NCBI RefSeq assembly: GCF_009914755.1
Contig: NC_060925.1
DNA: 64,000 nt
Source of the DNA: the human T2T-CHM13v2.0 reference genome, Homo sapiens
Reading direction: 5' to 3' (one strand)
Within the stretch, counting starts at the first letter, position 1, and each line of letters starts with the position of its first letter. The notes below the pieces were generated by a model, which worked only from the letters and a program-made list of their open reading frames with translations, had not been told where the DNA came from and did no database searches. This document shows positions 60,050-64,000 of the stretch, piece after piece. The position numbers and the translations under genes are program-made.

Positions 60050-60663
60050 TTATGGTTCTTAAATAATAATAATGTAAGCAAAGATGTAATTCATGTTGTT
60101 TATAATAGTCATAAGCTAAAAACATAAAATAATAATACAAGAAAAACTGGTTAAATAATCGACTACATCCACGGTGTGATACTATGCAACCAGTAGAAAT
60201 GATAAACATACATAAAATGGCATTTGATATTTCATTTCAGTGAAATTGATGTTATAAAATAGAATAATATGGCCCCATTATTATAAGTTTAGTTACATTT
60301 ACAGATGTATACAAAAAAGTCTAGAAGGATATTCATGAAAATATTAACGGTGATTAGCTCTGGATGTTGGGATTACAAATTATATACTTAATATATTGTA
60401 ATTACATGTATTTTAATTTTTTACTATAAGCATTTTACTTTTATAATCATAAAAAGAAAGAAAATATTTTTTTCATAAAGGACAACACATAGTATTTCCT
60501 GAAAGAAGGAGCAGTAGTATTTAGCTACAAATTAAAGCTTTCATAGCAAATGACATAAAAACTGGTATACATATATACAGTACCATAGAATTCAAAAGAA
60601 AAAGATAAAAACATTTCAAACAACTCTTTCTTAATAAGCTAAAACAGAGAGATTAACACAAAC

Positions 60664-60820
60664 CTTTCTTAGTTTAGGTAAATCTGAGAAGCAAACCATG
60701 TTTAGAAGTTACAGCATGGCCATCTTCAATTTATTTTCTGAATTTGTCCCTTTGCTGGTATAGAGCAGATTCAGTTCAGTTGAATGTAGTGAGTGAGTCA
60801 TCCATCAACTAAAATCCATG
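60664..60820 (-). other. GJA9: Putative non-coding exon 1 of GJA9
   Basis: One of the few non-repeat blocks upstream of the CDS; AAG|gtttgt donor at 60663; TSS not determinable. Confidence 0.45.
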
Positions 60821-60849
60821 TCCCTTTCTGCTTATCCTTGCTTTTAAAA

Positions 60850-61052
60850 CAGCACCATCCAATAGAACTTTCTGCAACAATGGAAATATTCTATCTGTGC
60901 TAGCCAATAAGGCAGCCAGTAGCCAAATGTAGCTATTGAACACTTGCATTATGGTTTGTGTGTCAGAGCAATTGAATTTTTAATTTTAAATAATTTTAAT
61001 AAAAATGTAAAGAGCTGCATCTACCTAATGGCTGCTTTTTTGGACAGCACAG
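60850..61052. mobile_element. MER3-like hAT element
   Basis: CAGCACCATCCAATAGAACTTTCTGC ... TTGGACAGCACAG ends. Confidence 0.7.
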
Positions 61053-61527
61053 ATAAAGAATGCTTATAATAGTCCTGATAACACACTGCAATCTAGAAGA
61101 CTAAAGTCATGAGCCCCAAATTAAGCTGAGTGAATGATTCCTCCATAATTCAGAGATGTCAAATTTAAAATGACAGGAGGTATTTGTGTGCTGTTTGTAT
61201 GCAACTTTTGCCACTGGGGGAACCTAATAAAATGTCATTGTTTTTTGTGCAATAAACCATGTTTCTAGAACCAAAAAAGTCTTTCTTACTAGATAATAAC
61301 TTCTTGGTCATCTGCCTTAATAAATGGGTCATGTCCGATTTCATAGATAGATCCTGATTCTGTCTCCCATGTTCTGTTATTAACAATTACATTGTATTTT
61401 AGGTCATTAAAGGTCCCTTCAGAGCTAGTGATCTGGCAGGTTGAGCATAACAGATAAATACTTCTTCCCTGGGCTTTTTTGCCAACAATAGCTACTTCTC
61501 AGATTAAATACAAACATTTCACCAGGG

Positions 61528-61530
<3 letters not shown>

Positions 61531-61578
<48 letters not shown>

Positions 61579-61625
61579 CATATATATATTTTTATATATA
61601 TATTATTTATATATATATATATTTG
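61531..61625. repeat. (TA)n microsatellite
   Basis: Direct reading. Confidence 0.95.
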
Positions 61626-62223
61626 TATAGGCACACATACATACACAATATATTCATGTTTCTATATTATGTGTTATCTGAATTACATATGTGTAACTCA
61701 TAAATTATTAATAAACTCGAAACTTCCTCAACCTCGGTAGTCAGAGAATACATATTTAAGTGAAATATTATTTTTTAACTATCAAAATGCAAAATTTTAA
61801 AGATTTATAATACCTTCTTTTGGCAAAGTAGGGAGACACTGTTACTCTCATATCCTGTAGGTAAGAATATAAATGGATACAGCTATTTAAAAGGCAGTTT
61901 AAACCTATCAATATTAGTATAGCATTTCTGCTTTTGGATACTTGAAATATTCATTCAGCATAGACATTCAGAGACACACTGCACATGCTAGGATGTTCAC
62001 ATAGCACTGTTGGTAATTATACAAAAGCAGCAATAATTTAAATGTCTGACAGAGGAATGGTTATCTATGGTACATCTATATCATTCAGCAATTCAGAGAA
62101 TAAAGATTTCTATGAACTAATAGAGAAAGGTCCCTAGGTCATGTTGTAAAGCAAGTTATAGAACAATACATGTATCACATTTATCCTGTTAAAACCTACA
62201 TTTCATAAAAATATCTAATTAGA

Positions 62224-64000
<1,777 letters not shown>

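Overview
Human genomic DNA (Alu-dense, includes a human-specific AluYb8), recognisable as the chr1p34 RRAGC-MYCBP-GJA9 locus. Three genes lie in tandem on the minus strand. RRAGC (RagC GTPase) has 7 coding exons giving 399 aa, fully reconstructed. MYCBP (AMY-1) has 5 coding exons giving 103 aa, and its intron 3 is U12-type. GJA9 (connexin 59) has a single 515-aa coding exon. The first ~17 kb is intergenic, with enhancer-like unique sequence and a strong CTCF motif. Most notable finding: a cryptic donor inside the GJA9 CDS and a MIR-derived acceptor join in frame, swapping the PDZ-ligand tail for a 74-aa tail and skipping the GJA9 poly(A) signal, which would force readthrough into MYCBP. Other findings include a diverged duplication of the putative GJA9 first exon, an overlapping poly-Gly ORF across the RRAGC 5' GGC repeat, and clustered CLEAR-like motifs in the RRAGC promoter. 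Exon coordinates were counted by hand and checked for phase and total length. Repeat boundaries and subfamily names are approximate, by-eye calls.
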